Below, one piece after another: positions 63,715 to 64,000 of a stretch of 64,000 bases of DNA. Source of the DNA: an uncultured Akkermansia sp. (GTDB taxonomy: Bacteria > Bacteroidota > Bacteroidia > B-17B0 > Aurantibacillaceae); NCBI GenBank assembly GCA_964487105.1, contig CAZAPH010000002.1:9125-73124 (forward strand), in the 5' to 3' direction. Numbering within the stretch: the first letter of the stretch is position 1; every line of letters starts with the position of its first letter. The notes below the pieces were generated by a model that was not told the origin of the DNA, did no database searches, and worked only from the letters and a program-made list of their open reading frames with translations. The position numbers and the translations under genes are program-made.

Positions 63715-64000
63715 ATGAACGACACAGATAAACATAAACTTCGACAGCCAGAACTTGAAGCTGACATCTACTACTTGACTGAACAAGAAGGTGGACGAAA
63801 GACTGCTGTGGGAAATGGTTATCGTGGACAGTTTTACTATAACGGAAAAGACTGGGATGCAACACAACAATTCTTGGACAAGGAAATTTGTAATCCTGGC
63901 GAGACAGTAAAAGTTTATTTGCAAACATTAAGCACAGACTTTCACGTTGGACAATTTTTTGTCGGACAGGAATTTGAAACAAGAGAAGGTGCGAAAACAG
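63715..64000 (+). CDS. Cassette 2: stand-alone EF-Tu domain III-like protein (runs off the window end)
   Basis: MNDTDKHKLRQPELEADIYYLTEQEGGRKTAVGNGYRGQFYYNGKDWDA...CNPGETVKV...EFETREGAKT, resembling EF-Tu FEAxVYxLxKEEGGR...GYRPQF...PGD...FAIREGGRT. Confidence 0.75.
   Translation, partial: MNDTDKHKLRQPELEADIYYLTEQEGGRKTAVGNGYRGQFYYNGKDWDATQQFLDKEICNPGETVKVYLQTLSTDFHVGQFFVGQEFETREGAKT

Noticed and set aside
63577..63982. Minus-strand ORFs of 115 and 89 aa
   Set aside because: They are shadows of the attC-like site and of the plus-strand EF-Tu domain III-like ORF.

Overview
Low-GC Bacteroidota chromosome segment (T9SS CTD and PorP/SprF genes, DUF1573 genes, TAnnTTTG promoters). It is probably origin-proximal: three parS sites lie at 14.4-15.2 kb, there is an AT-rich oriC candidate between nadA and rpiB, and mnmG is present. 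Most genes are housekeeping (valS, hemE, nadA, rpiB, mnmG, hppD, lpdA, cysQ, rlmD, cobB) or signalling genes. The main candidate novel system is at the right end. It is a non-canonical integron-like platform: a tyrosine recombinase lacking the IntI insertion but carrying a HARP-like N-terminus, followed in the same orientation by a promoter, an attI-like GTT site, a HEPN-motif cassette and a ~185-bp attC-like hairpin. That hairpin's inverse core exactly complements the cassette's first 10 bp. A second cassette encodes a stand-alone EF-Tu domain III-like protein, and a degenerate orphan attC-like site lies about 21 kb away. Other points: three TPR-TM proteins that stop just before the SpoIIE/PP2C domain, REP-like palindromes inserted in frame in valS and a phosphatase, an unannotated 39-aa metallothionein, a radA 3' remnant, and lesions in valS and pirin that may be assembly errors. 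All family assignments are from motif recognition, not database searches.
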